From positions 1 through 60,129 of IMG/VR virus record IMGVR_UViG_3300011113_000688: a DNA stretch of 60,129 nt; one strand, written 5' to 3'. Source of the stretch: a virus. Taxonomy: Duplodnaviria > Caudoviricetes. The position numbers and the translations under genes are program-made. Position 1 is the stretch's first letter. Each line of letters opens with the position of its first letter. Shown one piece after another: positions 43,677-54,919 of the stretch. The notes beneath the pieces were generated by a model. The model saw only the letters and a program-made list of their open reading frames with translations. It was not told the DNA's origin and did no database searches.

Positions 43677-46171
43677 TGACCACAGATTTAAAAACATCGT
43701 TACTTGTTGATCGTCAACTTCCTGAGTTTGTCAGAGAAGATTATCCTACTTTCGTTGCTTTTTTAGAAGCCTATTATGAGTTTCTTGAGCAAAAGCAAGG
43801 AACTGAAATTAACGATCTGATCACTCAGGCAAAGAAACTTCGTAACATATCTGATGTTGATGATTCAATCGAACAGTTTCAGACTAATTTTATCAACACT
43901 TATGCGCCTTTGGTTCCTCAAGATGCCGTTGTCGATAAAGCATTTCTGATAAAGAAGGTTTTACCTCTTTACCTAACAAAAGGTAGCATCAAGTCATTTG
44001 AACTCTTGTTCAGACTTCTTTATGGCACAGAAGTCAACATAACTTTTCCTAAAGATAATATTCTTCGTGCGTCTGACGGTAAGTGGACAGTAGAAAACGT
44101 TGTTCGTATTGACAATGAAGTTTATTCTTATTATGTGGGTGACGGTACAACAAAGATATTTACTTTACCACAACAAGCCACTGAGTCGGATGTTACCGTT
44201 TACGTAAACAATGTAATAACTACTACGGGCTTTTATATACAAAAAGAAGCCAAAAGAATTGTTTTCAACTCAGCGCCGGCAAGTAATGCAGAAATTAAAG
44301 TTACTTACGACGACTTTGACGAAACGCTTTTTACAAACAGAAAAATTACTGGCTTAACTTCTGGTGCAACTGCGATTGTTGAACGTGCGGCACCACGATT
44401 GATCACTCAACAAACTTCAATTGAGTTGTACATTGATGATGCGACACTTCTTGGCAATTTTTTGAATGCTGAAATAATTACCACAGATATTTTTGCCGAT
44501 GATGGTGAAACACTTATTACCATTAGATCAGATACCGTAGCAACGCTTAGTTCAATTACTGTGACGGCTGCTGGTGCTAGTTATAATGTCGGTGATCCTG
44601 TAACGATTATTGGTGGTGCACCGCAAACTCCCGCTGAAGCAATTGTCAGCGAAGTTTCTATTGGCTTTGCCGACTCCGCAAACGTTGGTTATGGTGGCGC
44701 TGGTTTTGCACTTGGTGGCATCATAACAGCGTTCAACGATGATGGTACAATTACTCTTGCTTCCGGTGCAATTGATACTTCGGGTGCAAATTCAGCCAAT
44801 TCGTACACGCTTTTTACAGATACGATCAACACATATGCAAATATAGTTCTTTCAAATAGCAACTATGGTTTTCCTTCAAATGTAATACCTTCTGGTGAAA
44901 ACATTGCAACAAGACTGATTGATGCATTTTCTAAGTTTACGATTACAGACATTGGTCCTATGACCAACGTTACTATTCTTTACTCAGGAACAGATACCTC
45001 AAATCTGACAATTGAGGCAGATGGTGCAAAATATGCAAATACCTTTGACATAAAGTCTTTTGGTTCAATTGGTAGAATTAATATTGTTTCTGGTGGCAGT
45101 AATTACAAAATAGGCGACGAAATCATCATTAGTGCTAATCCAACAGGAACTTATGGCATAGGTTTCGCAGCAGCAGTTACAAATACAAATGCTTCAGGTG
45201 CAATCACAAAAATTGAAATTCAGCCATCAAGAATTAGTGGTAATGCAAATACAACATCAGGTAATGTAGTAGTTGTTGGAATAGGTACAAACTTCACTAA
45301 TGAGTTAGCCGTTGGTGATCAGATTATGATCAATTCTGAGGCACGATATGTCAACTCTATTTTATCAGCAACATCATTAAACGTAAACGTGGCATTTACA
45401 AGAACCTCAACGGAAAGAAGAGTTGGTGTTTTTGATCGTTATCTGATTGGCGGACAAGGTTATGTTCAAAACAATTTTCCATCTATTATAGTTTCTTCAA
45501 CGACAGGTGCTAATGCGAACCTACAGATCACATCTCTAATGGGTGATGGTGAAAGACTAGGCATTAACTCTTCGGGTGTTGCTGGCTCAATCACTAAAAT
45601 TAAGATAACAAATCCAGGTGTAGGTTATCAGTTTATTCCAACTATCGATTTGTCAAACCGTGGTGATGGTACAGCCACCGCTGAAGCGCAAATTGAAAGA
45701 TCGTATGTTTCATTCCCAGGTAAATGGGTTGGCTCTGATGGTATCATATCTTCGTTAGATAGGAAGATAGAAGGGCTTGACTACTATATTGACTTCACCT
45801 ACGTAACTTCGGTCGCTACAGAGTTTTCTAAGTATGCAAACATATTAAAAGATTTGTTGCACCCAGCAGGCTTCAAAAACTATGCTGAGTATCCACTTTC
45901 AAGACCAGTCGAATTGACACTTGCCGTAGAATCTACAGTGGCTCAAACAATCTCTGGTTTAGTCTCAACAAATGCAAACTCAATTATTGTTACGGGCACT
46001 TCTACCAAGTTTAATGTTGCAAATAGCTTAGGTATCATTTCAATTGGTACACAAATCTCTATAAATAATCAAATACGTACAATTAATGCTATTGTTAGCA
46101 ACACCTCATTGACAGTCTCAAGTGCATTTACGAGCAATTCATCTGCACAGACATTGATTATTATCACATAA
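43676..46171 (+). CDS. gp7: Baseplate wedge gp7-like
   Basis: QLPEFVREDYP.FV.FLEAYYEF; KGS..S...LFR.LY; LLHPAG; between gp6 and gp8. Confidence 0.8.
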   Translation: MTTDLKTSLLVDRQLPEFVREDYPTFVAFLEAYYEFLEQKQGTEINDLITQAKKLRNISDVDDSIEQFQTNFINTYAPLVPQDAVVDKAFLIKKVLPLYLTKGSIKSFELLFRLLYGTEVNITFPKDNILRASDGKWTVENVVRIDNEVYSYYVGDGTTKIFTLPQQATESDVTVYVNNVITTTGFYIQKEAKRIVFNSAPASNAEIKVTYDDFDETLFTNRKITGLTSGATAIVERAAPRLITQQTSIELYIDDATLLGNFLNAEIITTDIFADDGETLITIRSDTVATLSSITVTAAGASYNVGDPVTIIGGAPQTPAEAIVSEVSIGFADSANVGYGGAGFALGGIITAFNDDGTITLASGAIDTSGANSANSYTLFTDTINTYANIVLSNSNYGFPSNVIPSGENIATRLIDAFSKFTITDIGPMTNVTILYSGTDTSNLTIEADGAKYANTFDIKSFGSIGRINIVSGGSNYKIGDEIIISANPTGTYGIGFAAAVTNTNASGAITKIEIQPSRISGNANTTSGNVVVVGIGTNFTNELAVGDQIMINSEARYVNSILSATSLNVNVAFTRTSTERRVGVFDRYLIGGQGYVQNNFPSIIVSSTTGANANLQITSLMGDGERLGINSSGVAGSITKIKITNPGVGYQFIPTIDLSNRGDGTATAEAQIERSYVSFPGKWVGSDGIISSLDRKIEGLDYYIDFTYVTSVATEFSKYANILKDLLHPAGFKNYAEYPLSRPVELTLAVESTVAQTISGLVSTNANSIIVTGTSTKFNVANSLGIISIGTQISINNQIRTINAIVSNTSLTVSSAFTSNSSAQTLIIIT

Positions 46172-46180
46172 ATAAAACTT

Positions 46181-47737
46181 ATGGCGCTAAACTATACATC
46201 AGAGAAACTTTCGCTAGACAACGCTGAGAGATTTAAAAACTCTTTCAGCGACTCGGATCCGTCTATACAGTACATTTTCATTGGAAATCATACACCTTAT
46301 TCCAATGAATCTTCACCATCGAGTATTGTTGAAACCATTTCAAGTGAAAAGTCTGTTTGGGACAATATGTTTGCGGCAAAAAAAGTTACCGCAACTGATG
46401 TGGAACTTGTTATTCCAAGAGTAAATTGGACTGCAAATACAAAATACCGTCAATATGACGATACGATTGCTTTATCAGATTTGATTGCTGGAAATACAAC
46501 ACAAAATCTGAAACCATTTTATATTATTACATCAGCTAAAAATGTGTATAAGTGTTTGTCAAATAATTTTTCTTCCAACTCAACAGTAGAGCCTACTGGT
46601 GATTATTCAACCTCTAACGGTGCGATTTCGACTGCCGATGGTTATATTTGGAAGTACATGTTTAATGTCAAATCCTCGAATAAGTTCTTGAACGCCGATT
46701 GGATTCCTACACCAACAAGAAACACACAAACTAGTGATCTATCAGATTATAGTTTAAGTGATACTGGTGTTGTAGAAGGAGAGTTGACAACAGTTGTAAT
46801 CACTAGCGGTGGTTCCGGATATTATGATACAAGTATTGGTGTGACACCTTTTATAACGGGCTGTTCAATTCTTACTGTGGCAAATACAACAAATATTGCC
46901 GCAAACATGACCGTAACTGGTACTGGCATACCAACTGGTGCAATTATTTCAGTTCTTGATACACCTAATAATAAGATTACTCTATCATCACCTGCCACAG
47001 CAAACGGTGGCGGTAACGGTTCTAATTTATCAATTGCAACCCGCATCTATTTTGACGGTGATGGAATCAATGCGGCCGGATCCGCAACACTAGCAAACGG
47101 TCAGATTTCTAAAATTACAATCACAACAATTGGTACCGGTTATTCACGTGCTAACGTTCTGATATTTGGTTCAGGTACAGGTGCTAACGCTAGAGCAATC
47201 ATTGCACCAAAATATGGACATGCTAAAAATCCAGCAGAAGATTTGCTGGCCAAAAACGTAGTATTAACAAGTGTGATTGGTCAAGTTGATTCAACTGAAA
47301 GTGGTTTAATTTCGACAGACACTTCTTTTAGACAATTCGGTCTTCTTAGAAACCCACATAAATATGGTCAATCGGCGGCTGCAAACAATTCAACAGCAAA
47401 TGTAGTTATAAGTCAGGCAAGAACTCTGACACTTACACCAGGTCCTTCATATACTCTAAATGAATATGTGTATCAAGTGACCGCTAATAATACTGTAGCG
47501 TATGGTTTTGTTTATTCGCAAACCGCAACAACGGTAAAAGTTACTCAAGTAAAAGGTAGTTTTGTTGTGGGTCTTTCAGTAATTGGCACAACATCAGGCA
47601 CATCAAGAACACTAGTGGCTTCTGCAAATCCTGAGTTCGAACCTTATTCTGGTGATATTTTATATGTTGAAAATATTCAAAAGATAGAGAGAGAAGATGG
47701 CCAAGCTGAAAACATCAGATTTATTATACAATTCTAA
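46181..47737 (+). CDS. gp8: Baseplate wedge gp8
   Basis: VIPRVNW, VYKCL.N, DGYIWKYM, YSGDILYVEN. Confidence 0.88.
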   Translation: MALNYTSEKLSLDNAERFKNSFSDSDPSIQYIFIGNHTPYSNESSPSSIVETISSEKSVWDNMFAAKKVTATDVELVIPRVNWTANTKYRQYDDTIALSDLIAGNTTQNLKPFYIITSAKNVYKCLSNNFSSNSTVEPTGDYSTSNGAISTADGYIWKYMFNVKSSNKFLNADWIPTPTRNTQTSDLSDYSLSDTGVVEGELTTVVITSGGSGYYDTSIGVTPFITGCSILTVANTTNIAANMTVTGTGIPTGAIISVLDTPNNKITLSSPATANGGGNGSNLSIATRIYFDGDGINAAGSATLANGQISKITITTIGTGYSRANVLIFGSGTGANARAIIAPKYGHAKNPAEDLLAKNVVLTSVIGQVDSTESGLISTDTSFRQFGLLRNPHKYGQSAAANNSTANVVISQARTLTLTPGPSYTLNEYVYQVTANNTVAYGFVYSQTATTVKVTQVKGSFVVGLSVIGTTSGTSRTLVASANPEFEPYSGDILYVENIQKIEREDGQAENIRFIIQF

Positions 47738-47746
47738 AGGTTAGAC

Positions 47747-50700
47747 ATGGCATTAAACTTTAATACAAATCCTTACTATGACGATTTCGATGAAGATAAA
47801 AACTTTCATAGAATCTTGTTTAGACCTGGTCGTGCTGTACAAGCACGTGAATTGACACAATCACAAACTATTCTTCAGAATCAAATTGACCGTTTTGGTA
47901 AGAACATTTTTAAAGAAGGTTCAATAGTAACTGGTGGTGAAACATTTGATGAAGATGCTATTTCCGTAAAACTTCAACCAACTTTCGGTAACACCACAAT
48001 TGATATTTCTACCTATGACGGTTATTATGCGGTAGCTAATAGTAGTAACGCTGTTTATAAAATCAAAAAAGCTGAAGTTGCGGATACTGTTGATCCTAAT
48101 ACACTGCTTGTAAAGTTCATAAAAACATCAGGAATTTCTTCACTCAATTCTAACGGTTCGATTGCCAATTCAGAAACTTTAAGAATATACTCAACTGCCG
48201 ATCTAGCTTCTTCAAATCTAGTCGGTAATGTTTTAACCTCTTCTACAGAATCTTCTACTATCGGAAGACTATTTTCGATTGCAGAAGGCGTATTCTTTAC
48301 TAATGGTATTTTCGTTAAAAATGCTAGTCAAACTGTCACTGTTTCAAAATATACAAACAATGCGAATGTAACAGTCGGATTTGATGTTGCTGAAACTATT
48401 GTAACTTCTTCAGCCGACTCTTCATTACTTGATCCCGCAATAGGTGCATCAAACTACATTGCACCGGGTGCAGATAGATACAAAGTTTCATTATCATTAA
48501 GTGCAAAAGAAATTGATCCTAATCAGTCGATACCTGATTTGACCAGTGAAAAATATATTGAAATTGCTCGTTATAGAAATGGCGAACTGGTAAAGAACGT
48601 TCAAAAAACAGACTACTCAGTTTTATCAAAGACACTTGCACGAAGAACATTTGACGAATCTGGAAATTATAGAGTAAATGGTTTAGAACCTAGAGTTACA
48701 CCAGAAAAGTTTACTGATACTGCAAACACAACATTCGTGTTAGATGTGAGCCCAGGAAAGGCTTACATTCTAGGATATGAGGTTGAGCCAATATCAACAA
48801 ACTCACTTATCATTAATAAAGCCCGTGATACTGAAACAGTTTCGGGTTATGATGTGCCTGCTTACTATGGTAATTATTTTTATGTGACAACCGCTAATGG
48901 TGCCGTCATAAACTTTTCTACTGCCGAAAAACTTGAACTGCATAGAAACACAGGCTCTTTTAGCGCATCAACAAAAATTGCTGAAGCATATCCAAAAAAT
49001 CTTGAATATGTAAGTGGTAACGGTTCTACATCAGTTTATAAGTTACACTTGTTCAATATTGTAAAAACAAGTAATACTCCAATAGATTTAACTCGTTGCA
49101 TTATTGCTGGAAATGCCACATCTGTGAATGCTACGTGTAACATTGAATCAAGTTCCACAATCGTAAGAACAATCAATGGTTCAAACTATTCATACTCAAA
49201 TGTAATTAATTTGGCAAGTTCAACTGGCGTTACTGTCGGTATGGAAGTTTCGGGTACAAATATTTCGTTTCCAACTTACGTAACTGCTATTAATGGTAAT
49301 GACGTTACTGTAAGTGGCAATCCTGTTGGTAATAATACATTACAATCACTCACATTTAGATCGGCTTATCTAACTGACACTTCGTATGATGCATCCGTTT
49401 TTGAAGCATCTTATGATGTAATCAAACAGTTCTCTCAAGTCAATTATAACGCCAAACGAGTATTCAAATCTGTTTCGTTTGTTGCAGGTGTAGCATCTGT
49501 TCAAACAAACGATGGTACAGAAAGATTCAAGGATGTGAGTGGAGCAAATCTACAAAGAAACTACGCTATTTGTATTCGTACAGGTGGCACAGGTTCATTT
49601 CCAAACTTTACTTGGGTCAATTTAAGTGGTGGTACATACATTAGTGTGCCTACACCATCAGTGGGCAATCCAGCAACACTCAATATCAATTTGGGTGATG
49701 CCACATTCAACGGTACAGCAGATATTTTAACCACACTTGATATCACGGCGGCCGTTAGAAGAACTAAAACTTTATCTTCAAACAACATCAAATACTTCAC
49801 GGTGTTAGATTCAGCAAACACATTCTCTTTAGGTTATGCTGATGTAATCAATGTGTCTGCTATTTACATTGCTACTGGTTCTAATACGGCATCAAATGCT
49901 AATGTGAACGTGGTTGGAAGTTTTGATGTTGATCTTGGCCAAAGAGATAGTTTTTATGACCATGCTACGATCAAATTGAAGACTGGTGCTACCGTAAACA
50001 CCGGTAATACAATGGTCGTGTTCAACCGTTACACTCATTCGGGTGTAGGATTCTTTGACACACAATCTTATCCATCGTATAATACAATTCCAAGTTATAC
50101 AAAAACAAACGGTACAATCATCGATCTAAGAGATTCAATAGACTTTAGACCAATCAGAACGGCAAATGCGACATCGAATGTCTACTCCAATCTTTCAATG
50201 TCATTTGCTTCACAGCAAATTGTAGATTCACTTATTGGGTCTGTTGACACCGATTTGGAATATTATCTTGGAAGAACAGATAAAGTTGTAATAAAGAGTG
50301 ATGAAAGTTTCAAGGTAATTGAAGGTGTAAGTGCAGCGACAAATCCACCTGTACCAAATGATGAAATAGATGCAATGACTCTTTGTACTTTGACTATTCA
50401 ACCATACACATACGAAGTTAGTAATGTTTCATTGAATATTCAAAACAATAGACGTTACACAATGAAAGACATTGGTGCTATTGATAACCGCTTAACAAGG
50501 GTTGAATACTACACCGCACTGAATCTTTTGGAAAAAGATATCGCAACCACAACTTACTACGATGATCGTGATAATCAACTATTCAATAATGGTTTTATCG
50601 TTGATCCTTTCAAAGGTCACGGTATAGGTGATGTTTTTAATCCTGATTATAAGTGTTCAATTGACTATGATAATGAGATTCTCAGACCTAGATTCGAAAG

Positions 50701-53104
50701 TAATGCAACTTCGTTGATCATTTCAAGTAATACATTAGCGGTTACAAGTAATTTACTTACTCTGACTTACACTTCTGTTCCATATATCACACAAAATGTG
50801 GCTTCTGGAACAACTAATGTAAACCCATTCAACGTGATTGGCTTTATTGGTTATGTGAAGTTGCCAAAAGATACTGGAACATGGGTAAACTTTTCAGCTA
50901 GACCTGATGTTGTAGTAAACAAAAATAAAAACTTAGATAATTATCTCTACTCAAATAATTTTATAGGTTCGGCTTGGAATAACTGGAGCCTTTTAGGATA
51001 TCCTGACGATAACCTTACAGTTTACACTTATTTTTCAACATCAGGGCAACAACTCAATTCAACAACCGACGGAAGAATAAGAAGTGAAGATAGCGCAATT
51101 GTTGAAGATAAGATATACGTTTATAGTGCTAATAATGTAATCAATTTTGAATTGTTTGGCATGAGGCCAAATACTGAAATGACTCTGTATGTTGACTCAA
51201 GACATATTGGAAGTTATTTGAGAAATTATAATGTTTCTTCAAATACATACACTACAGAGGCTTTGGTCACAAATACTAATGGTTATGCAAAAGGTCAGTT
51301 CACATTGCCTTATGATGATGATAATAAGTTTGTGGCAGGAGAAAAGCATCTATACTTCTGTGACAGTCGTTTGAGCATGGAAAATGTCACCACTTTTGCT
51401 GAGACATACTTCTATACTGCTTTCCCTAACAAGAAAAAGAAAAAGAAGAAAAAGAAAAAACCAGTAACCAATTTGACTGTAATTGGAGGAGATCCTACGG
51501 TTGGACCGCCAGCACCCGGCATCTATATCGATAGCAGCGATCCCACATACACAACGAGTGTTGCAGTTGGTGCGGCTGCCGCTACAGGTGGTACAAGAAT
51601 TAATGGAACTAGTGACTTTAAAAAAGCGGTTCAAGATTTAACAGGAAGTGCCTGGACATCAACAGATGCCGGAACAGCTTCAACACGTGCTAATGCTGCA
51701 AATGATACGATTGTTAATCTTTATAAAAATGAATTAGGTAGATTACCTGATAAAGATGGACACAATTATTGGGTTTCTGTTGCAGCAAGTGGAGTTTCTA
51801 CGGAAAAACTGACAGAGGCATTCAAAGCGGCAGCAAAAGCAAATAATGAAAAATGTCAGCAAGGTGATCCACTAGCGCAAACATTCTTTGTTAATGAGTT
51901 TACAAATCCAAACGGTATCTTTGTTTCGAGCATTGATCTTTATTTCGCAACGAAAGACAATTCTGGCATTCCAGTTGAAGTTGAACTTCGACCAAGTGTC
52001 AATGGGTTCCCAGATTCAGAAAATGTTATTCCTGGTTCAAGAGTAACTCTGAATCCTAGTCAAGTAAATCTACCTGTTACAGCAAATACTCCTGTTGCAA
52101 CAAGATTTACTTTTGATTCACCAATTTACTTGGAACCAGATGAGTATTCTTTTGTTGTTATGGCACAGTCTGATGCATATAACGTTTATGTTGGAACTGT
52201 TGGTCAACGACGAATTGATGGAACTGGACCAATTGTATCTCAACCATACATCGGCTCTTTCTTCAAATCACAAAACGCATCTACATGGACACCAGAACAG
52301 TCTACCGACATTTGTTTTGTTTTGAATAAATGTGAGTTTACTACAAACACAAATCAAACTGCTATTCTAACTCCTGTTGCTCTTGGATATGATCAGTTGT
52401 ATGATGTTGCAAAGGTCAGCATTCCTTTTGATACTGTAGCAGCAGCGGCAAACATTTCATTTGATTTGTCTACGAAAAATAATGGTGCTGGAGTTTTGAG
52501 TGATTATGTTGGAATAATTCCTAATCGTAATATTTCATTAGATCAAAGAAAGACGATCAATGCGGCAACTGATGCCAATGTCAAAATTAGAATGATAACA
52601 ACTAATCCAGACATTTCACCTTATGTTGATGTCTCAAGTTCAAATTATGTTGTTATCAAAAACTTGTTAGAAAGTTCGGCGTCAGCGAATGTGGTTTCTT
52701 TCCCAGAAACATTATCATCTGGTGGTGGTGCTTTGTCTAAGTATATCACAAGAAAAGTTACGCTAAATGATGGTTTCGATGCCACATCTCTGAGAGTATA
52801 TCTACAAGAAAACTTGCCACAAGGTTCTTCGATTCAAGTTTATTACCGTGTTCAAGCGGCAACTGATTCAGACAAACTTGAAAATAAACCTTGGACATTG
52901 ATGACTCTTAACGGAACATCTTCGACGAATCAAAACCCAACCGAATACTATGATTATGAGTATAAGGTTAATGGTGTCAGCTATTCATCAGGTGGTGTGA
53001 CTTATACAAACTTTAGAACATTTGCAATCAAGATTGTGCTTTATTCGACGAACCCAGCCAATGCACCAACGGCTAAGAATCTGAGGGCAATTGCACTGTC
53101 ATGA
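47747..53104 (+). CDS. Large virion structural protein (VrlC/DUF4815 family)
   Basis: PYYDDFD..KNFHRILFRPG.AVQARELTQ.Q; APGADR; LARRTFDESG; DPLAQTF; FKSQNASTW. Confidence 0.85.
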   Translation: MALNFNTNPYYDDFDEDKNFHRILFRPGRAVQARELTQSQTILQNQIDRFGKNIFKEGSIVTGGETFDEDAISVKLQPTFGNTTIDISTYDGYYAVANSSNAVYKIKKAEVADTVDPNTLLVKFIKTSGISSLNSNGSIANSETLRIYSTADLASSNLVGNVLTSSTESSTIGRLFSIAEGVFFTNGIFVKNASQTVTVSKYTNNANVTVGFDVAETIVTSSADSSLLDPAIGASNYIAPGADRYKVSLSLSAKEIDPNQSIPDLTSEKYIEIARYRNGELVKNVQKTDYSVLSKTLARRTFDESGNYRVNGLEPRVTPEKFTDTANTTFVLDVSPGKAYILGYEVEPISTNSLIINKARDTETVSGYDVPAYYGNYFYVTTANGAVINFSTAEKLELHRNTGSFSASTKIAEAYPKNLEYVSGNGSTSVYKLHLFNIVKTSNTPIDLTRCIIAGNATSVNATCNIESSSTIVRTINGSNYSYSNVINLASSTGVTVGMEVSGTNISFPTYVTAINGNDVTVSGNPVGNNTLQSLTFRSAYLTDTSYDASVFEASYDVIKQFSQVNYNAKRVFKSVSFVAGVASVQTNDGTERFKDVSGANLQRNYAICIRTGGTGSFPNFTWVNLSGGTYISVPTPSVGNPATLNINLGDATFNGTADILTTLDITAAVRRTKTLSSNNIKYFTVLDSANTFSLGYADVINVSAIYIATGSNTASNANVNVVGSFDVDLGQRDSFYDHATIKLKTGATVNTGNTMVVFNRYTHSGVGFFDTQSYPSYNTIPSYTKTNGTIIDLRDSIDFRPIRTANATSNVYSNLSMSFASQQIVDSLIGSVDTDLEYYLGRTDKVVIKSDESFKVIEGVSAATNPPVPNDEIDAMTLCTLTIQPYTYEVSNVSLNIQNNRRYTMKDIGAIDNRLTRVEYYTALNLLEKDIATTTYYDDRDNQLFNNGFIVDPFKGHGIGDVFNPDYKCSIDYDNEILRPRFESNATSLIISSNTLAVTSNLLTLTYTSVPYITQNVASGTTNVNPFNVIGFIGYVKLPKDTGTWVNFSARPDVVVNKNKNLDNYLYSNNFIGSAWNNWSLLGYPDDNLTVYTYFSTSGQQLNSTTDGRIRSEDSAIVEDKIYVYSANNVINFELFGMRPNTEMTLYVDSRHIGSYLRNYNVSSNTYTTEALVTNTNGYAKGQFTLPYDDDNKFVAGEKHLYFCDSRLSMENVTTFAETYFYTAFPNKKKKKKKKKKPVTNLTVIGGDPTVGPPAPGIYIDSSDPTYTTSVAVGAAAATGGTRINGTSDFKKAVQDLTGSAWTSTDAGTASTRANAANDTIVNLYKNELGRLPDKDGHNYWVSVAASGVSTEKLTEAFKAAAKANNEKCQQGDPLAQTFFVNEFTNPNGIFVSSIDLYFATKDNSGIPVEVELRPSVNGFPDSENVIPGSRVTLNPSQVNLPVTANTPVATRFTFDSPIYLEPDEYSFVVMAQSDAYNVYVGTVGQRRIDGTGPIVSQPYIGSFFKSQNASTWTPEQSTDICFVLNKCEFTTNTNQTAILTPVALGYDQLYDVAKVSIPFDTVAAAANISFDLSTKNNGAGVLSDYVGIIPNRNISLDQRKTINAATDANVKIRMITTNPDISPYVDVSSSNYVVIKNLLESSASANVVSFPETLSSGGGALSKYITRKVTLNDGFDATSLRVYLQENLPQGSSIQVYYRVQAATDSDKLENKPWTLMTLNGTSSTNQNPTEYYDYEYKVNGVSYSSGGVTYTNFRTFAIKIVLYSTNPANAPTAKNLRAIALS

Positions 53105-53310
53105 TGTATAAAGTAAAAGATCATAATAATCTCGTAAGAGATGCTTCAAGTCAAGCAATTATAAGTGTTGATAAAGAAAAGTTATTTGAACACAGAAACA
53201 AGAAACAAATGAAAGACAATATTCAACACTTGAACGAAGAGATTGCTTCCTTGAAGAGTGATTTTCAAGAGATAAAACTATTATTGCAACAAATTGCAAG
53301 TAGAGGATAA
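53101..53310 (+). CDS. Small coiled-coil protein following VrlC
   Basis: NLVRD..S.AII pattern; ATGA coupling. Confidence 0.7.
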   Translation: MMYKVKDHNNLVRDASSQAIISVDKEKLFEHRNKKQMKDNIQHLNEEIASLKSDFQEIKLLLQQIASRG

Positions 53311-53312
53311 AA

Positions 53313-53528
53313 ATGCCAGCAAATATTAAACAGGTAACAACAGCAAACACCTTTCAGCAATGGCTTGTTGCAACTCAAGATTTGATTGCAGTTGCAAATA
53401 ATCTGACTAACGGCGTTGGTGGCACTTTTTACGCCAACACAAACTTGGTTGTCGGTGGTGACTTTACCGTAACTGGAAATAATTCTATTGTTGATGATGC
53501 TCTAGCATTTGCGATTGCCCTAGGATAA
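53313..53528 (+). CDS. Short fibre-associated protein
   Basis: NTFQQW; ALAFAIALG terminus. Confidence 0.65.
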   Translation: MPANIKQVTTANTFQQWLVATQDLIAVANNLTNGVGGTFYANTNLVVGGDFTVTGNNSIVDDALAFAIALG

Positions 53529-53565
53529 GATAAATAGATTCAAACTGTAAAATTAGAGGATTTGA

Positions 53566-53898
53566 ATGGCCAACACTTTTAAAAATCAAACACTCAAGGC
53601 TGCTGGAACCACGGCACAGAATGCCTATGCGGCAGGCGCTGGTGTGCAAGCGACCGTGATTGGCATGACAATTGCCAATATTACCCCGTCACCAATTTCT
53701 GCGAATGTCATTCTCAGCGGTGGTAATATTACCAACAATGTTTATCTTGTCAAAGATGCGACAATTGCTCCTGGTGGTGCATTAGTTCCAGTTGGCGGAG
53801 ATCAAAAATTGGTGCTTGAAGCAGGTGATTATCTACAAGTCAATACATCAATTGCTTCTGCTGCTGATGTTATCGTTTCGGTTCTGGAGGTCACTTAA
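53566..53898 (+). CDS. Virion structural protein (MANTFK...GDQKLVLE.GD)
   Basis: Recurrent family; GATAAATA late motif upstream. Confidence 0.72.
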   Translation: MANTFKNQTLKAAGTTAQNAYAAGAGVQATVIGMTIANITPSPISANVILSGGNITNNVYLVKDATIAPGGALVPVGGDQKLVLEAGDYLQVNTSIASAADVIVSVLEVT

Positions 53899-54566
53899 TG
53901 GCATACATTGGCAATAGCCCTGAAGTCAATGTCTTTACTGCTAAAGTAGATAAGTTTAGCGGTACTGGTGCTTGCACTCAGTTTACTTTGTCAAGAACCC
54001 TTGATGATGCCAATGCAATTCTAGTTGTTGTCAATAGCGTATTACAGACACCAATTACTTCGTATAATGTTTCTGCTGGTGTCGTAACATTTACTGAAGC
54101 CCCATCATTAGGCACTGAAAACATTTTGGTGAATTATACTTCACCAATCACATTGACATTCAATCAAGTCACATCATCTCAAATTCAGCCTGGTGCGGTT
54201 GGTGAAGCACAACTTGCCACAAATTCCGTTACGAGTGATAAGATTGCTCCAGGCGCCGTCATTGTAACAGACGTTTCTGATGGTAGCATCACAGGACCTA
54301 AATTAGGTCAAACTGCGATTAGCGGCAACAATATTGCTACTGGTGCGATTACTGGCAATCTTGTTGCAAATAACACGATTGCTGGCAACTCAATTGCAGT
54401 TGGCACACTCACAGGCAATTTGTTTGCTTCTGCCACTATTGCTGGCAACTCAATTGCAGTTCGTACAATCACAGGTAATTTAATTGCAAATAACGCCGTT
54501 TCTGGAAATAATATCGTATCACCTCCAGACATCTTCGATGACGCATTTTTGTTTGGTGGAATGTAA
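53898..54566 (+). CDS. Tail fibre protein with 10-aa repeats
   Basis: MAYIGNSP; (I/V)xGNxIA repeats; duplicated GCTGGCAACTCAATTGCAGTT. Confidence 0.7.
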   Translation: MAYIGNSPEVNVFTAKVDKFSGTGACTQFTLSRTLDDANAILVVVNSVLQTPITSYNVSAGVVTFTEAPSLGTENILVNYTSPITLTFNQVTSSQIQPGAVGEAQLATNSVTSDKIAPGAVIVTDVSDGSITGPKLGQTAISGNNIATGAITGNLVANNTIAGNSIAVGTLTGNLFASATIAGNSIAVRTITGNLIANNAVSGNNIVSPPDIFDDAFLFGGM

Positions 54567-54578
54567 AAGGAAAAATAA

Positions 54579-54917
54579 ATGCCAAGAAATTATACAATTT
54601 TAGGACAAAGAAACCCTACAGCCAATGTGCTGACGACTCTCTATACAGTTCCTACAAGTAACTCTGCGATTCTTTCATCGATTACTATTGCAAACCTTGA
54701 CGAAGGTGCGGCAAACGGTGGAGCATTTAGAATCGCAGTAAACACTTCAAGTGCTGCTGTATCAAACGCTAGTTATCTTGCCTATGGAGTCAATGTTCCA
54801 GGTAGAGATACTGTAACGCTATCACTTGGTGTGACACTCAATGCCGGCTCAATTGTGTCAGTCAATGCAAACAGTTCATTGTTAGCATTTTCTGCATTTG
54901 GTACTGAAGTCTATTAA
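54579..54917 (+). CDS. Virion structural protein (LYTVP...FSAFGTE)
   Basis: Recurrent family. Confidence 0.7.
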   Translation: MPRNYTILGQRNPTANVLTTLYTVPTSNSAILSSITIANLDEGAANGGAFRIAVNTSSAAVSNASYLAYGVNVPGRDTVTLSLGVTLNAGSIVSVNANSSLLAFSAFGTEVY

Positions 54918-54919
54918 GA

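Noticed and set aside
51431-51460. Poly-Lys tract as a programmed frameshift site
   Set aside because: There is no in-frame A AAA AAG heptamer, and conserved motifs continue in frame 0.
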